A stretch of DNA of 64,000 nt from Pelagomonas calceolata (taxonomy: Eukaryota): assembly GCA_918797485.1 (NCBI GenBank), contig CAKKNE010000005.1, positions 1,116,001-1,180,000 of the forward strand, given 5' to 3'. The notes beneath the pieces were generated by a model. It was not told where the DNA came from. It was given only the letters and a program-made list of their open reading frames with translations, and searched no databases. This document shows positions 9,094 to 20,502 of this stretch, piece by piece. Within the stretch, counting starts at the first letter, position 1; the number at the start of each line of letters is the position of its first letter. Position numbers and translations under genes: made by a program.

Positions 9094-11325
9094 TCAGTGA
9101 TACCCAGTGCGTGGACCAAGTGGACCAAACCCCGCCAAATTGTCGCCGCTTGAGTCGATGACGGACAGGACATGCGGGACCAGGACGGGTCCACGGCTGC
9201 CGCCCGGCAGATCAAACTGCGGCGACACGCGTCGCGCCCGATGAAACAACCAGGCGAGGCGATGCGCGAAGACGCGTGACATGAGTTCGTTCGCTTCGGT
9301 ATCGAACGTCACTGTTGTTGGCGGGTATGGGAGTACCGGGCCCACAAATTCCTCGGCGAGTTCAATCACAGCACCCATCTCGTTGGGACCGAGAAGAGGC
9401 TCAGCGTACGGCAGCGCGGCGCGCAACGCCGCGGCCGCGTCCGCGGCAGCGTCGAACGGTCGCACATACAACACTGGCAACCGTTTCTGCGTCCTTTCCA
9501 GCAACGTAACAACCGCGCGCGCGACGTTGGAGAAGGTGAGCGGACCGGAATACGCCGCGACCGAAATTTCGCGCTGGACCTCCTCCATAAGTAACTCGTC
9601 TGTGCCTATGGAGTCCTCAGCAACTTGACGGTAAACGATCGTCCGCGGTTCGCGGTTGGATGTCTCGTGCAGATGAAAACCTCTCGCTAGCACTGCGATC
9701 TCCACGCCCCACTTCTTGACGAGCTCGCCGACGAGGCCTTCGACTTCCGGGGCCCAGTGTGTAAATCCCGCGCGGCGCGCGGCAGTCTCCGTCAAAGTCC
9801 TTTGGGCCCGTGCCGTGAGATCAGCGCCGCCCATCCCCTGGCGCAGGGGGCGCTGGCGCGCCGGGAGCACGGTCGAGAGCTTCGAAGGCGCGGCAGGCGG
9901 ATCGCGGTCAACATAAACGCAGCCCGTCCAGCGTTCCCCTGCGTGCCTCTCTGCGACGCGGACCGCGTCCAGGTCGACCACGGGCTGCACTGAGATCACT
10001 TCGGCTCTCCCTGCATACGTGACGAGCCAGAGTAGGCACTCTCTACCGCAACTTGGGCAGGGGCACCCGACCGCGCCGCACCACCGCTCGGGGACGGGAT
10101 CCTGAGGCCCTTGCGTAGCAGACTTCGTCAGCCGGAGCCCGAAGTAGCGGTCGTCGATGCCTTCTCCTTCGCCCCGGTCCGTCGCAAACTGCTCCATATC
10201 AAGGACCCCGTCACGCAGCATACCCAGCACGTCCCGGGAACACCGCTTGTAGTAGTCGGCGGCCATGTCGCTGAGAGGCTGACGGTCGCTGAAAACAGCG
10301 TAATCAAGTCCCGCGAGCGCGCGAAGTACCACGCTCTCCGTCAGTTCGTATCCCGGCGCTTCAGTCCAGCGCGTCCGTAGCGTATGCTCCCACGCGTAAC
10401 GTATGTCCGACGCATCCGAATCTGAGTCATCCGTCATCCAAGGTTCCCGCTCGCTCTCGTCGGACTCGGCCTCGCTCTCGTCGTCAGAGGAAAGCGGCGC
10501 CGCGCAAGACGTGTGGACGAGGGCCACGAGCCGTTCAACTCTCAAATCGGACTCCGCGGCTTCACGCAGCAACGGGTGCCCGACGCCGCGGGCCTTCGCG
10601 ATGACAGTAGATAGAAAAGCGCACAATGCCGAGGACGCCGCGTCGAGCGCGCCTGGCGCGAGGTGTGTGATGCCCGCGCGGCTCGCGATCCACCGCATCG
10701 ATCGACGGATGGCGCACTGCGGCGACGAACCGTCGAGCGGAGCCGCCTCGCACCACGTCATCGGTCGGCGGCGCCACACGACCGCGGGCGCCGTCTGCGC
10801 CTCTTCCGAATTCGTAACATCGGGCGGCGCGGGATGCGTCGATGCCGTCGACGCCGAAACCAGCCCGGCGCAGGCGCAGCCCGCTTGCGGTCGGCCCGTC
10901 CCCGCAACTCTATCAAAACCACATATCTTGATCGCGTCCTCGATGTCGCACGGCCACACGACCGTCGCATTGCGGCAGTCACATGCGACCATCAAAGCCG
11001 AGTTAAAAACTCCCGTCAGGAACTTCTCTGCGGCGTTCCGCAGCACGGTGGCCGCGCGCTCCGTGATCCGCGGCCGTAGGAACGACTCCACAACTTTGCG
11101 GGCATCAGCGCTCAGCAGTCGCACGAGCGGCGCCGACCACGCCTGCACACCGCAGGTGCCCACGAGTAGCGCATCAAACGGGCCGGCAAAAAACGAGCGG
11201 TGGTTGCTTTCTATCTGGGCTCTACGAACATTCCTCAACTGCATAGTTACCAGCGCATCCAGCGGCGGGCATCGCACCCTTAACCCCTCCCACTTCTCTT
11301 CTTGACTTGGCGTGCTGCTCTCCAT
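9094..11325 (-). CDS. Protein with multiple H4-like histone-fold segments
   Basis: Long ORF, first ATG at 11325; RITERAATVLRNAAEKFL..VVWPCDIEDAI, AIRRSMRWIASRAGITHL, AARRAGFTHW. Confidence 0.65.
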   Translation of the reverse strand: MESSTPSQEEKWEGLRVRCPPLDALVTMQLRNVRRAQIESNHRSFFAGPFDALLVGTCGVQAWSAPLVRLLSADARKVVESFLRPRITERAATVLRNAAEKFLTGVFNSALMVACDCRNATVVWPCDIEDAIKICGFDRVAGTGRPQAGCACAGLVSASTASTHPAPPDVTNSEEAQTAPAVVWRRRPMTWCEAAPLDGSSPQCAIRRSMRWIASRAGITHLAPGALDAASSALCAFLSTVIAKARGVGHPLLREAAESDLRVERLVALVHTSCAAPLSSDDESEAESDESEREPWMTDDSDSDASDIRYAWEHTLRTRWTEAPGYELTESVVLRALAGLDYAVFSDRQPLSDMAADYYKRCSRDVLGMLRDGVLDMEQFATDRGEGEGIDDRYFGLRLTKSATQGPQDPVPERWCGAVGCPCPSCGRECLLWLVTYAGRAEVISVQPVVDLDAVRVAERHAGERWTGCVYVDRDPPAAPSKLSTVLPARQRPLRQGMGGADLTARAQRTLTETAARRAGFTHWAPEVEGLVGELVKKWGVEIAVLARGFHLHETSNREPRTIVYRQVAEDSIGTDELLMEEVQREISVAAYSGPLTFSNVARAVVTLLERTQKRLPVLYVRPFDAAADAAAALRAALPYAEPLLGPNEMGAVIELAEEFVGPVLPYPPTTVTFDTEANELMSRVFAHRLAWLFHRARRVSPQFDLPGGSRGPVLVPHVLSVIDSSGDNLAGFGPLGPRTGYH

Positions 11326-11520
11326 GGAGGATGTGCCTGATGGGTCACCTCGGCGCACAGGCTCCGGGCGACTCCAGCGTGCGCGCAGCCGCTCGCCGCT
11401 AAGAGATGATGTCTGCTGTGAATCCTACGAGCGCTACCTCACACTTGTCTCTGCGCTGTGAGTACTAGATCAATGCCAAGAGCAGGCGCGAGCGCGCTAG
11501 CGTCTGTAAGACACTAGGAT

Positions 11521-12627
11521 TCACCTTACACACACAACTCCCGCAACGCGGTATACCGGCCGCCCATATGCCTCGTACCGCCCCTCCGTCTCCGTCCGCG
11601 CCGGCAGAGGCGACGCCGCAAGAAAGTCCCCGCCGACGGCCCGGGCGCCGCCGAGCTCCACCCAGCGCTTCGTCCGCAGCGCGGCGTCGCCGTCGACCGG
11701 CGTTCGAGGCCACGCGAGGCCGCACTCCTTTGCTTGGAGGACGCGGAATTCCGGCAGACTCGCGAGCAGGTCGCGCGTCCGGACGGCAACATCCTCGACG
11801 TTGCTCGCCACGAGGACGCACGTCTCACTCGACCCGGCGCGCGCCGCGAGCCGCAGCGTCGCCGCGTTGACGAGGCACTTCGACGGCGTCTGGGGCAGCT
11901 GCGCATTTTTGCTGCGCTCGTCGAGCGCTGGGGGCGTCGGAAACATGAACAGCACCGCGCGAAGAGGCCCCGCGTAGCACTCGCGCACCCAATGCAAGGC
12001 TTCATCCGCGGAGGCACATGCAAAACGCAGGCGCCCCGTCATCCCCAGGCGATGCGCGAGACCGTCACCGTAGAGCAGGCAGTGCGCGGCGCGGTCCACG
12101 GCCAGGACGTTCACGTGGGGGCGTACTTTCGCGAGCGAGACCGCGAGGGCGCCGAAGCCGCACCCCGCGTCGACGACGAGAGGCCTCGACGGGTCCTCGA
12201 ACACAGGAGGCCACGCGAAGCCGCCGCGGGCGCTCGGTGTTTGCGTCACCTTCTTGCGCGATTTGGAGTAGTCCCAGAGCTCCGCGAGCGCCGCGTCGTC
12301 GCTGAAGCTGACCTTGCCGCCGAGCCGTCGCCACGTCCGTCGCGGGAGCCGCAGCGCGGCGAGGCCGCATTGTGCGCGTGCCGCCGCCGGAGCCTCGTTG
12401 CAGCGGCGCGAGACGATCGCCGCGAGGCGCGCGAACGGCTCGTCGGTTGTGAGGCCCGCGAGCGCGCAGTCGCGCGCAGCGATCGCGGCAGCCGCCGCCG
12501 AAATGCCGCTGTGTCGCGCGGCGGTGAGCACGGCTTCCTCGTCGTCGGCGTTCACGCGGCCCGCGCGCCGCGCTTGCAGCAATGCGATTGCTGACGCCCT
12601 TAAGGCACCGTCGGCGCTGTCTGGCAT
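11521..12627 (-). CDS. SAM-dependent methyltransferase, TrmB (tRNA m7G46)-like
   Basis: VVDAGCGFG, VLAVD, FMFPTP, ASNVED, RTETEGRY. Confidence 0.78.
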   Translation of the reverse strand: MPDSADGALRASAIALLQARRAGRVNADDEEAVLTAARHSGISAAAAAIAARDCALAGLTTDEPFARLAAIVSRRCNEAPAAARAQCGLAALRLPRRTWRRLGGKVSFSDDAALAELWDYSKSRKKVTQTPSARGGFAWPPVFEDPSRPLVVDAGCGFGALAVSLAKVRPHVNVLAVDRAAHCLLYGDGLAHRLGMTGRLRFACASADEALHWVRECYAGPLRAVLFMFPTPPALDERSKNAQLPQTPSKCLVNAATLRLAARAGSSETCVLVASNVEDVAVRTRDLLASLPEFRVLQAKECGLAWPRTPVDGDAALRTKRWVELGGARAVGGDFLAASPLPARTETEGRYEAYGRPVYRVAGVVCVR

Positions 12628-13102
12628 CGATGGAGCTATAAATTGTCTCTATTAATGAGAGCTCAAACGCAGCGATTAGCGCTAGCCTCGATGGCAAAAG
12701 GCTGCTGCAAAGGCTGCACTGTGCACAGAGCCGAACGTCGCGTCCTTGCTAAAGAAATGGTGCAGAGCTGAGAGAAACGGAGCACTGTAGGCCCTGCAAG
12801 CACCCAACTTGTAATTTTGCACAGCTACACACCACTTGCTTTTTGCGCTTGCATGCTTGCATCAGCTAGCGGCATAGTAAGGTACTAGCCCCAAAAAGCT
12901 CGTCGACGCTGTTGCCCTGCAGCTCGGCACACAGCGCTGTTATCGGCCCGGTCGGACTGTCTGTTACACCATCGTGACCCCGCGGTAGGGCTCGGAAACT
13001 TCGGCGCGAGTGCCGCACAGCCAGTGTGGCCCACAGCAACCCCTCCCCAGTTTCAGCGCGGACGACGCCGCAGCGCAAGTATCCAACAACCGCGCGCCAC
13101 CG

Positions 13103-14404
13103 ATGCCGCAACTCGCCGACGCCATGCTCTGCGGCTACGGCTCCGGCCTCGAAGAAGAGCCCGGCACGACCTTCGAGGCGATCCCGCAGTCGATCGTGCG
13201 CGACGAAGTTTTGAAGCACGCCGACGGCGCGGCGCTGAGTGCCGCGGCGAGCGCGTCGAAGGCCCTGCGGACTGCTGCGGGAGATGCGGGCCGCGCGCAA
13301 CTCCAAAGGCGCTTCTCCTGGCTCTGGCCGTCCGCGTCGAAGCCCGACGGGCCGCGACCGCGCAACGCGGCGCCGGCCGGCGCTTTGAGACTCTTGGAAG
13401 AAGACGGCTCCTTCGTGTTAGCTTGCGGGACACGAGAGGAAGCGGCACCGACGGCGGACGCGGCCGCCGTGCGACCCGCCCCACCTCGACCGACCGAGGA
13501 GATGGCGCGACGGCGCCATGACGACGCCTTACGAGCGTTAGGTGTGCCCCGCCTGCACGATTGTAGCACGGCGCGGAACGCTCCAGCCGCGTGTAGAGCC
13601 AATAACGGCGACGTCTGGCTCTGCGGAGGATGGGCGGACGGTGAAGCGCTGCAGGACTGCGAGTTCTTGGATGCTTCCCGGAGGTGGCGGCGCGGGCCGA
13701 GGATGGACGCGGCGCGGTGCTTTGCTGCCGCTGCTGCTCCTCCATTCTTAGACAATGCTATCCTCGTCGTCGGTGGAGGGGACACTTTATGGGTCGGCGG
13801 TACGGCTTCTCGCGAGTGCGAAATCTTGGATCTTGCCGATGAGGGGACATCGTGGGCGGCGTTTCCGTCGTTAACTTATGCTAGATGTGGTCACGGCCTC
13901 GCCTCTGTTTCAAAGCACGTCGTGGCGTGCGGCGGGTACGGCGGCGGTGATGCGTACCTCGACAGCGTCGAGGTTTGTTCGGGTGAGAGGTGGGTAAACG
14001 GCTCGAAGATGAATTTCAGGAGGACGGGGGCCGGCGTCGGTGCCGGTCCGGACAGCTGCGTCTATGCGGCGGGTGGCTCGCCCGACGGCCAGGACGCCTT
14101 GGCCTCGGCGGAGCGCTGGGACTTGAGGACGGCACGATGGGAGCTGTTGCCGCCCATGGCGCGCGGCCGCGGTTATGTGGCGGCGGCCTTTGATGCGACC
14201 GGAAACTTCGTGGTGCACGGCGGCTACGGCGAGACGGGCGACGTCGGCGCCGACGCGGAGGCCTTTGACATCCGGGCCCACCGGTGGCGGCCGGTGGATT
14301 TGGCGCATTCGGCGCAGACGCAGTACTACGGCCAGAACGGCGCCGGGCGGACGCGGTGGTACCTGGACCGCGCGCAGCACGGGCTCGTGTTCACGGTCGT
14401 GTAA
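13103..14404 (+). CDS. Kelch-repeat protein with possible F-box-like N-terminus
   Basis: Repeated GG...E..D....W Kelch blades; first ATG at 13103. Confidence 0.85.
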   Translation: MPQLADAMLCGYGSGLEEEPGTTFEAIPQSIVRDEVLKHADGAALSAAASASKALRTAAGDAGRAQLQRRFSWLWPSASKPDGPRPRNAAPAGALRLLEEDGSFVLACGTREEAAPTADAAAVRPAPPRPTEEMARRRHDDALRALGVPRLHDCSTARNAPAACRANNGDVWLCGGWADGEALQDCEFLDASRRWRRGPRMDAARCFAAAAAPPFLDNAILVVGGGDTLWVGGTASRECEILDLADEGTSWAAFPSLTYARCGHGLASVSKHVVACGGYGGGDAYLDSVEVCSGERWVNGSKMNFRRTGAGVGAGPDSCVYAAGGSPDGQDALASAERWDLRTARWELLPPMARGRGYVAAAFDATGNFVVHGGYGETGDVGADAEAFDIRAHRWRPVDLAHSAQTQYYGQNGAGRTRWYLDRAQHGLVFTVV

Positions 14405-14576
14405 ATCAAATCGGTTTTCCTGCTTTTTTGTTGCGGCGGCAGCGTGTTGGGCGCCAAAGAGCCATACCTTACTGCTAGTGTCGTCTTACAGGACGGCTAG
14501 CTCTGGAAGCCCAGTCATCGCATAAAAACGCGGTGCACACCGTTGCCATATCGAATTCATCGTCGCAGAAGCTACA

Positions 14577-15911
14577 ATGATCGCTCGCGCGGCTGTGCTA
14601 TTGCTCGGGCAGTGGCTCGGGCAGGCCTGCGCGTTTCAGGCATCCGTGCAGCCCCTGAGTCATGGTGCAAGACGCTCCAGCCCTCTCGCCGCGACAGCCA
14701 CGACGGAGGAGCCCGTGCTGACACTCTACAGAGATACCAACGGCTGGTGCCCCTTCTGCGAGCGCGTGTGGATCGGACTCGAGAAAAAAGGCATCCCGTG
14801 CGTGACACGGCGTCTATGAATCGATTACATGCGGCCGCGTCGACGCCATCGACGCAACACGTTGCGCAGGTACGACGAGAAGCTCATCAACCTCCAGGAC
14901 AAGCCCCAGTGGTACCTCGATATAGTGCCGACGACGCTCGTGCCGGCGATCGAGTGGCACGACGAGAACTGGGATGCCGACACCCCGGGCAGCGGCGCGC
15001 TCGTGTGGGAATCGAAGGACATCCTCGAAGCCATGGATGCAAAATTCGCCGAGACGCCTTTGCGCTCCGCCGACGAGGAGGTCGCGGAAGTCGTCGAGGT
15101 CCTGAACGCGTCCGTGGGATTTGTGTACGGCGCGCGGAACGGTACGGCCGACGACAAGGGGGCCCGCTTCGCGGCGGCGCTCGACGCGCTCGATGGAGTG
15201 CTTGCGTCGTCGGGCGGTCCGTTCGTGCGCGGCGGCGAGCTCTCCGCGGCCGATCTGGCCCTGGCTCCGACGCTCGAGCGGTTTGGAGAACAACTCAAGG
15301 TGCTCAAGCCGGAGTTTCCGGCGCTCGACGCGGGCCGACCGGCCATCACGCGCTGGTCCGAAGCCATGGACCTCGAGCCCGCCTACACGCGCCGAGTGAA
15401 GGGCGACGCCTACTCTTGGACCGCGGTAACGTCATCGTTCCTGCGCATCTTCGCGAACGCGAGCGACGCCGAAACTCAGGCCAAAATAGCCAAAGCGGAC
15501 AAGGCGGCGGCGGCGCTGCTCGCGGAGTCGCGGGCGGATGCGACGGCGCTCGATGATAAAGCCGCGTGCGCCGAGGCCGTTGCCGCCTTGTCGAAGAACC
15601 GCAAAAATGTCGCCAGAGATGCCGCCGACTCGTCGCCGAAGACTCAACCTCACGTGAAGCGCGCCAAGACGGCCCAAGCGGCGGAGGAGGCGATAGATGC
15701 TGCTCTCGTCGTGCTCGACGGCGGCAAGGCGCGCGTCTCGGGAGAGGCCAAGGTAGCGGCGGCCGCCATCGCCGCGAGGCTCTGCGCACCAAGAGACATG
15801 GGCGCGCCCGCCGCGGCGGCCCTCCGGCACACGCTCCTCGTCCTCGCGGAGAAGAAGCCGCGCGGGTCGCGCCTTCTGAAGGCGCTGCAGATCTTTTTCT
15901 TCTGGCTCTAG
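14577..15911 (+). CDS. Glutathione S-transferase (Cys-type active site), 2 exons (14577-14797, 14870-15911), likely plastid-targeted
   Basis: LYRDTNGWCPFCERVW; splicing restores KKGIP|YDEKLINL; VPA..WES and LSAADLALAP motifs; signal peptide followed by AF. Confidence 0.88.
14798..14869 (+). other. 72-nt GT-AG intron
   Basis: GTGCGT...GCGCAG; joins two ORFs in frame; contains CGCCATCGACGC. Confidence 0.88.
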
Positions 15912-15946
15912 GGGCCTAACCCATGTTGTATACAGTCACTTACACA

Positions 15947-17115
15947 CTAGAAGAGCGACGCGAAGAAGCCGCCGCTCGCGCCGAAGGCCGAACTCTGCGA
16001 CGCGGCGCAGGAGAACTCGTGCACCGTCGTCTGCGTATACGTCTCGCCCGGCCGCAGCACAATGTTGGGGAAATGAGGTCTGTGGATCGAATCTGGGAAG
16101 TGCTGGCATTCCAGACAGAGGCCGGCTCTTTTGCTGTAGGGAATGCCCACACTTGGCGAGCCCTTGGCGCCGTCGCTGCGGCGCAACGTGCCGTCCTGTG
16201 TGACATCGACCGCGTCGATGGCGTCGGGGCCACGGCAAACACTCAAGGCGCCTTCGACGAGACACCGATGCGAGCCAGGAAATTGCCCGTGTAGAACTGC
16301 ACGCCCGGCTCCGTCGTCCAGACCTTCATGAGCCGCCCGCTCTTTTCCGACCAGAGCGTCGCGACCGGCCGCAGGCCCTCCTCGGAGGCGGCACCGGAGA
16401 GCACAAAATTATGATCGGCGCCGTTGCCCTGATCACATTCGAGTATTCCATCCCCCACAACCCGGGGGGCCGAGCAGTAGTCCATGGGCGTGCCCTTGAC
16501 CGCTCTCACTTCTCCGGTCGGGATGGAATCATCATCCGTAGGTGTATAAAATTGAGCCTCGAGGCGGATGACGTGCTTGTCGACGGACGACGCCCCGCCG
16601 TCCTCGAGGTTCCAATACGCATGATTCGTGAGGTTCAAGGGCGTCGCCTTGTCCGTCGTGGCGGCATAGTCGATCTTCAGAGTGTTTTCCGTCGGTAGGG
16701 AGTAGGTCACGCGCACGTCGAGCGTGCCGGGGTAGCCCTCGTCGCCGTCCGGTGACCGTAGAGCCAGCGTCAGCTGCGTCGCCGTCGACTCGACGACGGC
16801 CCACCACTTCCGGTTGAAACCCTCCTTGCCGCCGTGGAGGTGGTGGTGGCCGTTGTTGGCATGTAATTCATAGGTCTTCCCATCGAGGGAAAATTCCGCA
16901 TTGGCCGTGCGGTTCGCCACGCGACCCGCGACACTGCCGAAGAACGGATTCTTTCCTAAATACGGCTCCTCCCGATCGAAGCCGAGGACGCACTCGCCCC
17001 GATTCCCGTGCTTGTCCGGCACTCTTACTGACGTGATCGTCGCGCCGAGCGGTAATATCGTCACTTTGATGCCGTCGCCGCTCGGGTGCTCGAGGACGTG
17101 GGCGGTGTCGCCCAT
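15947..17115 (-). CDS. GALM: Aldose 1-epimerase (galactose mutarotase), 2 exons (17115-16276, 16195-15947)
   Basis: [47 protein letters not shown]. Confidence 0.93.
16196..16275 (-). other. 80-nt GC-AG intron
   Basis: GCTCGC...CACACAG; this junction restores the conserved YTGNFLDG. Confidence 0.75.
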
Positions 17116-17543
17116 CGTTTCTTGCTGTCTGCTTCGTAGTGGTGTTTGCCTCGAGTGCTGTGGCCGGTAGGACTCACGTGTCGACGGCGTTCTCCTCGTG
17201 GCGCGTCGATGGCGTCGGCGGCTGGCCCGCGCGCGCGGCAGCAGCAGAGAGGGCTGTGCAGGCTTGCTGCTAGAACGGTCCTGCAAGCGGCGGCGGGGAT
17301 CGCAGCTGTTGAGAGCGTGGTGCGCCGAGGTCTGGAGACGCGTAGCAAGTACAACAATGAGCTCTGGTAGCCTACGGCGGGCGTAAAAGCTATTTACTGC
17401 AAAATGCTGCTCGCAAAAAATCAATTCCACTAAACGGGTTTTCGCGGCCGCACACATACACACACACACCCGCCCTGTACTAGGACGGTAAGAGATCGCC
17501 CTAGCAGCGGGACACACTATGCTTCTTTTTCATTAACCCAGCC

Positions 17544-17828
17544 CTAGCCCATCGACGGCATGCACGAGCACGAGCAGTCGCCCTCGTCGCCATCATCAAT
17601 AACGGCGGAGGGCGGCGGCTGCGTCGCCGTGAGCGCGACCTGCTCGTCGAGCGGCTTGTCCGTCTTCAGGGGCCTGCCGCCGACCAGAAAGCGGCACTCG
17701 GCCTCGTCAATTCCCGAAAGTGCGGCGTACTGCTTTATGACTTCCGTCATGGGCGTGCCGGCCTGGACCTTCATGAGGCGGACCTCGCCCGTCTCCTTGT
17801 CCGTCGCGCGGATCGTGTAGGACGGCAT
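17544..17828 (-). CDS. Small SUMO/ubiquitin-like protein
   Basis: MKVQAGTPMTEVIKQYA...CRFLVGGRPL; Cys-rich tail, no terminal GG. Confidence 0.65.
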   Translation of the reverse strand: MPSYTIRATDKETGEVRLMKVQAGTPMTEVIKQYAALSGIDEAECRFLVGGRPLKTDKPLDEQVALTATQPPPSAVIDDGDEGDCSCSCMPSMG

Positions 17829-18207
17829 CCTACCGATCCGCGGCCGGCGGGCCCTCCCTCTCACTTTAAAATCGGTGCGGTTGCGACGAACGCAGCGTCG
17901 TAGCGGTGGCCGCAAGTGCTGCGAACGACGCGTTCGTTGGCTTATCGCTGCCCCGCAGGCTGCCCTCGTCGCGTTTGCGCCGCTTTTGATCCAGGGTGGC
18001 GCGGCGCCAAGACGAGGAAACGTGCGGGGCGGGCGGCGCGGCCCCCCGGCGGCGCACGGATCCGCGCCTGCGGTGAAGGATAAGGGCCGCGCGCCCTTTG
18101 CGACAGCTAGCGGCTGTAACGCACTAGCCTTTGAGCAGCTGCTGCTCAAGGCTTTTTGCAGGCATTTTGCATCGTAGGGCTGCCCCCGAGCGATTTGACC
18201 AGACAAG

Positions 18208-19329
18208 ATGATCCTCACGCAGTGCGCCGTCTGCGCCACCGAGCTCGGCTTATCATTGGGCAAGAAATGCGGCCGCTGCAGCACGCGCTACTGCGGCGCC
18301 GACTGCCAGAAACAACACTGGGAAGAGGGTGGCCATGACAAGCTCTGCAGGAAAATAAAAAAGGCAGGCGGCGCCGAGCAATACAACGCAAATGAGAAGT
18401 ACACGGAGGCTGTCGGAGCTGCTGCGGAGGCGTGCGCGGAGGACACGAAGGGCCAGACGTGCTACATCTGCACGCAGGCCCTCCATTGGAAGACGAAGGA
18501 GGGCCTCGTGCGCGGCTGTTCGTGTCGCGGGACGGCGGGTTTTGCGCACGTGTCGTGCTTGGCGGAGCAGGCGAAGATTTTGGTCGCGGAGGCCGAGGAG
18601 AACAATTTGGATATCAAGGTGCAGCATGAGAGGTTTGCGCGGTGGTTCGTGTGCAGTCTGTGTGAACAACAATACCACGGCGCCGTGTGCGGCGCGCTCA
18701 GCTGGGCGTGCTGGAAGACGTACGTGGGCCGGCCGGAGGCGGACGTGGCTCGGATGAGTGCGATGAGCGTCCTTGGGAACGGTTTATTCTCTGCAAAACA
18801 CAACGAGGACGCGTTGTCCGTGAGAGAGGCCGAGTTGGCTATGAAACGGCGCCTTGGCGATTCAGAACACAACATACTCATCGTGCAGGGCAATCTTGCG
18901 ATCACATATGATGCTCTAGGACGGCTTGAAGAGGCCCTACAGATGAAGCGAGACGTATACTCCGGACGGTTGAGGCTCAGCGGCGAAGAACATGAAGAGA
19001 CCCTCCGAGCGGCCAACAACTACGCGTCGTCCCTTCTTACAACAGATCGCTTCGGAGAAGCCAAATCCCTGTTGCTCAAAACGATACCTGTGGCGCGGCG
19101 CGTTCTCGGAGAGAATAAGGATCTCACGCTCAGGATGAGATTGGGTTACGCGGCGGCGATCTACAGGGACCCCGGCGCCACGCTCGAGGATCTCCGCGAG
19201 GCCGTGACGACGCTCGAGGAGACGGAACGGGCCGCGCGGCGCGTGCTTGGCGGCGCGCACCCGACCACAGCGGGGACTGGGGAGGTACTGCAAGAAGCGC
19301 GAGCCGCGCTAAGCGCCCGCGAAGGATAA
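18208..19329 (+). CDS. MYND zinc finger + RINGv + TPR protein
   Basis: CAVC..CGRC..YCGADCQKQHW..H..C; CYIC..GCSCRGTAGFAHVSCL..W..CSLC; LGEEH/LGGAHP TPR repeats. Confidence 0.9.
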   Translation: MILTQCAVCATELGLSLGKKCGRCSTRYCGADCQKQHWEEGGHDKLCRKIKKAGGAEQYNANEKYTEAVGAAAEACAEDTKGQTCYICTQALHWKTKEGLVRGCSCRGTAGFAHVSCLAEQAKILVAEAEENNLDIKVQHERFARWFVCSLCEQQYHGAVCGALSWACWKTYVGRPEADVARMSAMSVLGNGLFSAKHNEDALSVREAELAMKRRLGDSEHNILIVQGNLAITYDALGRLEEALQMKRDVYSGRLRLSGEEHEETLRAANNYASSLLTTDRFGEAKSLLLKTIPVARRVLGENKDLTLRMRLGYAAAIYRDPGATLEDLREAVTTLEETERAARRVLGGAHPTTAGTGEVLQEARAALSAREG

Positions 19330-19347
19330 ATACAAGCACAACTATTA

Positions 19348-20502
19348 TCACCCAGTACAGCCCCCCGGCGCGACGTCCTCGGACCCCTCCTTCTTCGCGA
19401 AGGGGAAGCTCAACTTGTAGAGGAAGCGGTCGACGAGCGTGTCGCCGGCGGGCGTCGTTGATGATGAAAACGCGCCGGCGGCGGCGAGGCGCGACACGCA
19501 GGACAGATTGCCCTTTTGGGCCGCGACGCCCAGAGGTGTGCGGCCCGACAGATCCGCTTTGTGGACGTCGCCGCCGCGCGCTATGAGCAAGTCCAGCGAC
19601 GCGTAGTCGCCCGACGCGGCGCAGGCTAGCAATGCGGTGGCGCCGTCGCTGTTCGTCGCGTTCGCATCACAACCAGCATCGAGCAAAATGTCGACGCACG
19701 GCGTGTGGGAGTACGTCGCGGCCTTATACAAACACGTCTCGCCGTCGGGCTCGGCCCGTAGTGACGCGTCGGCGCCCTTCTTCGCCAGGAAGCCGCAGGC
19801 CGCGTCGATACCCGTCACGCAGCACCAATGTAAAGCGGTGTAGCCCCCGCAATACGCGTTAATGGCCCTCTTGGTCAAATTATGGGCGATGATCACGACG
19901 GCCTGGCTGTGGCCCTTCGACGCCGCGAGGCACAGTGGCGTCAGGCCGTGGCGGTTCCTCCTATCAGTTTGTGCATTTGCATCTCTGAGGATGGTCAGGC
20001 TCTCGATGTGTCCTAATTGAGCCGCGGCGTGGATCGCTGCATCTCCATAAAAATTCGGGCAGTCTACTCTACAGGAAGGCAGGCCTAGGAGCCGTCGCAA
20101 TTCCGTAGAGTCGCCCGCGAGGACGGCGCGGTGCAGGGCCGTCTCGCCCTTGGCATCGGGCGCGAAAAGCTCGCGCTCCTTTTTCTTTCGTCTCTCTTCC
20201 TTCCGTTCCGCTTCTCGTCTAGCCTTGGCTTCGTTGTCAATAGCCACGAGGGCCTGCGACGGCTCCTCTTTTGCGGGCTCGTCTTTGACCGTGAGCGCGC
20301 GGCTGCTGGCTTCGGCCTTGGGCGCGCGGGCGCGTCGCAGGCGCTCGGCCTCGGCGGCCTGCGCCCTTGCCAAAACGACGTGCGCCGGCTCCGGTCGCGG
20401 GCGGCGGCCGTCGTCGGCGGGCGCCTCGCGGAACGCGCGCAGTCGCTCGGCCTTGTCCGACGTGAGGCGGAGGGAGCCGCGCTGCGAGGCCTTTTTCTTC
20501 AT
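19348..20502 (-). CDS. Ankyrin-repeat protein
   Basis: About 7 ankyrin repeats (GETALHRAV, GLTPLCLAA, GRTPLGVAA); first ATG at 20502. Confidence 0.88.
   Translation of the reverse strand: MKKKASQRGSLRLTSDKAERLRAFREAPADDGRRPRPEPAHVVLARAQAAEAERLRRARAPKAEASSRALTVKDEPAKEEPSQALVAIDNEAKARREAERKEERRKKKERELFAPDAKGETALHRAVLAGDSTELRRLLGLPSCRVDCPNFYGDAAIHAAAQLGHIESLTILRDANAQTDRRNRHGLTPLCLAASKGHSQAVVIIAHNLTKRAINAYCGGYTALHWCCVTGIDAACGFLAKKGADASLRAEPDGETCLYKAATYSHTPCVDILLDAGCDANATNSDGATALLACAASGDYASLDLLIARGGDVHKADLSGRTPLGVAAQKGNLSCVSRLAAAGAFSSSTTPAGDTLVDRFLYKLSFPFAKKEGSEDVAPGGCTG

Noticed and set aside
17116..17517. N-terminal extension of GALM in the ORF track
   Set aside because: Non-ATG start, no similarity, and it contains intron-type and promoter-type motifs
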